Below, in pieces: positions 63,531 to 64,000 of a stretch of 64,000 nucleotides of DNA. Below the pieces are notes generated by a model that had not been told where the DNA came from, did no database searches, and saw only the letters and a program-made list of their open reading frames with translations. This DNA comes from a virus. The stretch lies in the IMG/VR virus record IMGVR_UViG_3300042402_001861, positions 64,001 to 128,000 of that record; one strand, written 5' to 3'. Position numbers and translations under genes: made by a program. Within the stretch, counting starts at the first letter, position 1. The number at the start of each line of letters is the position of its first letter.

Positions 63531-63938
63531 ATGGATTTGTCAACATTCATTGAGGTGACCCTGCCACAGCAGGAGAACTTCCTAAAGGTCAAGGAAACGC
63601 TTACCCGAATCGGGATTTCGTCCAAGACCGAAAATAAACTCTACCAGTCCTGCCACATTCTCCACAAGAAGGGCAAGTACTACATCGTCCATTTCAAGGA
63701 ATTGTTCATGCTTGACGGAATGCCAACGACATTCCCCGAGAGCGACATTGCCCGACGAAATACCATCGCAAACCTATTGGCCGAGTGGGGCTTGGTCAAA
63801 CTTGTCGAAACTGCCAAGAGCAAGGAACCTGTAGTGCCCGTGTCGTATTTGAAAATTCTGCCTTACGGGGAAAAGAAGGATTGGGAATTGGTTCCCAAGT
63901 ACAACATCGGCAGAAAAAAGTCACCTGACAGCGAGTGA
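63531..63938 (+). CDS. regA: Translational repressor RegA
   Basis: FLKVKETLTRIGISS, LYQSCHILHKKGKYYIVHFKELF. Confidence 0.97.
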   Translation: MDLSTFIEVTLPQQENFLKVKETLTRIGISSKTENKLYQSCHILHKKGKYYIVHFKELFMLDGMPTTFPESDIARRNTIANLLAEWGLVKLVETAKSKEPVVPVSYLKILPYGEKKDWELVPKYNIGRKKSPDSE

Positions 63939-63943
63939 TTGCT

Positions 63944-63972
63944 TGACGGGGGTTGATTGCTGCGATACAATG
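63944..63972 (+). promoter_or_regulatory. Sigma70-type promoter for the next (truncated) gene
   Basis: TTGACG-17-TACAAT, ATG at 63981. Confidence 0.7.
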
Positions 63973-64000
63973 TCTGAACTATGAACAACGATGAACCAAG

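Overview
A 64-kb segment of a large T4-like myophage genome in genetic code 11, with no CRISPR array, intron or transposon seen. 1-17.7 kb: conserved T4-type core (gp17 end, gp18-gp23, two gp3-like genes, uvsY, uvsW, gp55, gp47, gp46). 17.7-60.7 kb: accessory region, mostly leftward until a divergence point near 43.65 kb (vWA/peptidase gene vs MoxR-type AAA+ gene) and mostly rightward after it. It holds 8 tRNAs, a tmRNA, an odd tRNA-like RNA, gmd, a DNA methyltransferase, HAD and PAP2 phosphatases, a kinase and secreted proteases. 60.7-64 kb: gp45, gp44, an inserted gene, gp62, regA. Main observations: (i) about 15 dispersed accessory genes, most under TAAATA-type late promoters, begin with T4 internal-protein-like capsid-targeting leaders (e.g. 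MKSFxxFIxE), and they include two ADP-ribosyltransferase-like paralogs, a PD-(D/E)xK nuclease, a kinase, a zinc peptidase and a phosphatase, which suggests a packaged effector cargo; (ii) an 824-aa protein is built like a gp21-cleavable polyprotein; (iii) a VPAPG PEP-CTERM-type tail and a GC-type dockerin point to a planctomycete (Phycisphaerae) host. Family calls come from motifs read by eye and recalled knowledge; no searches were run.
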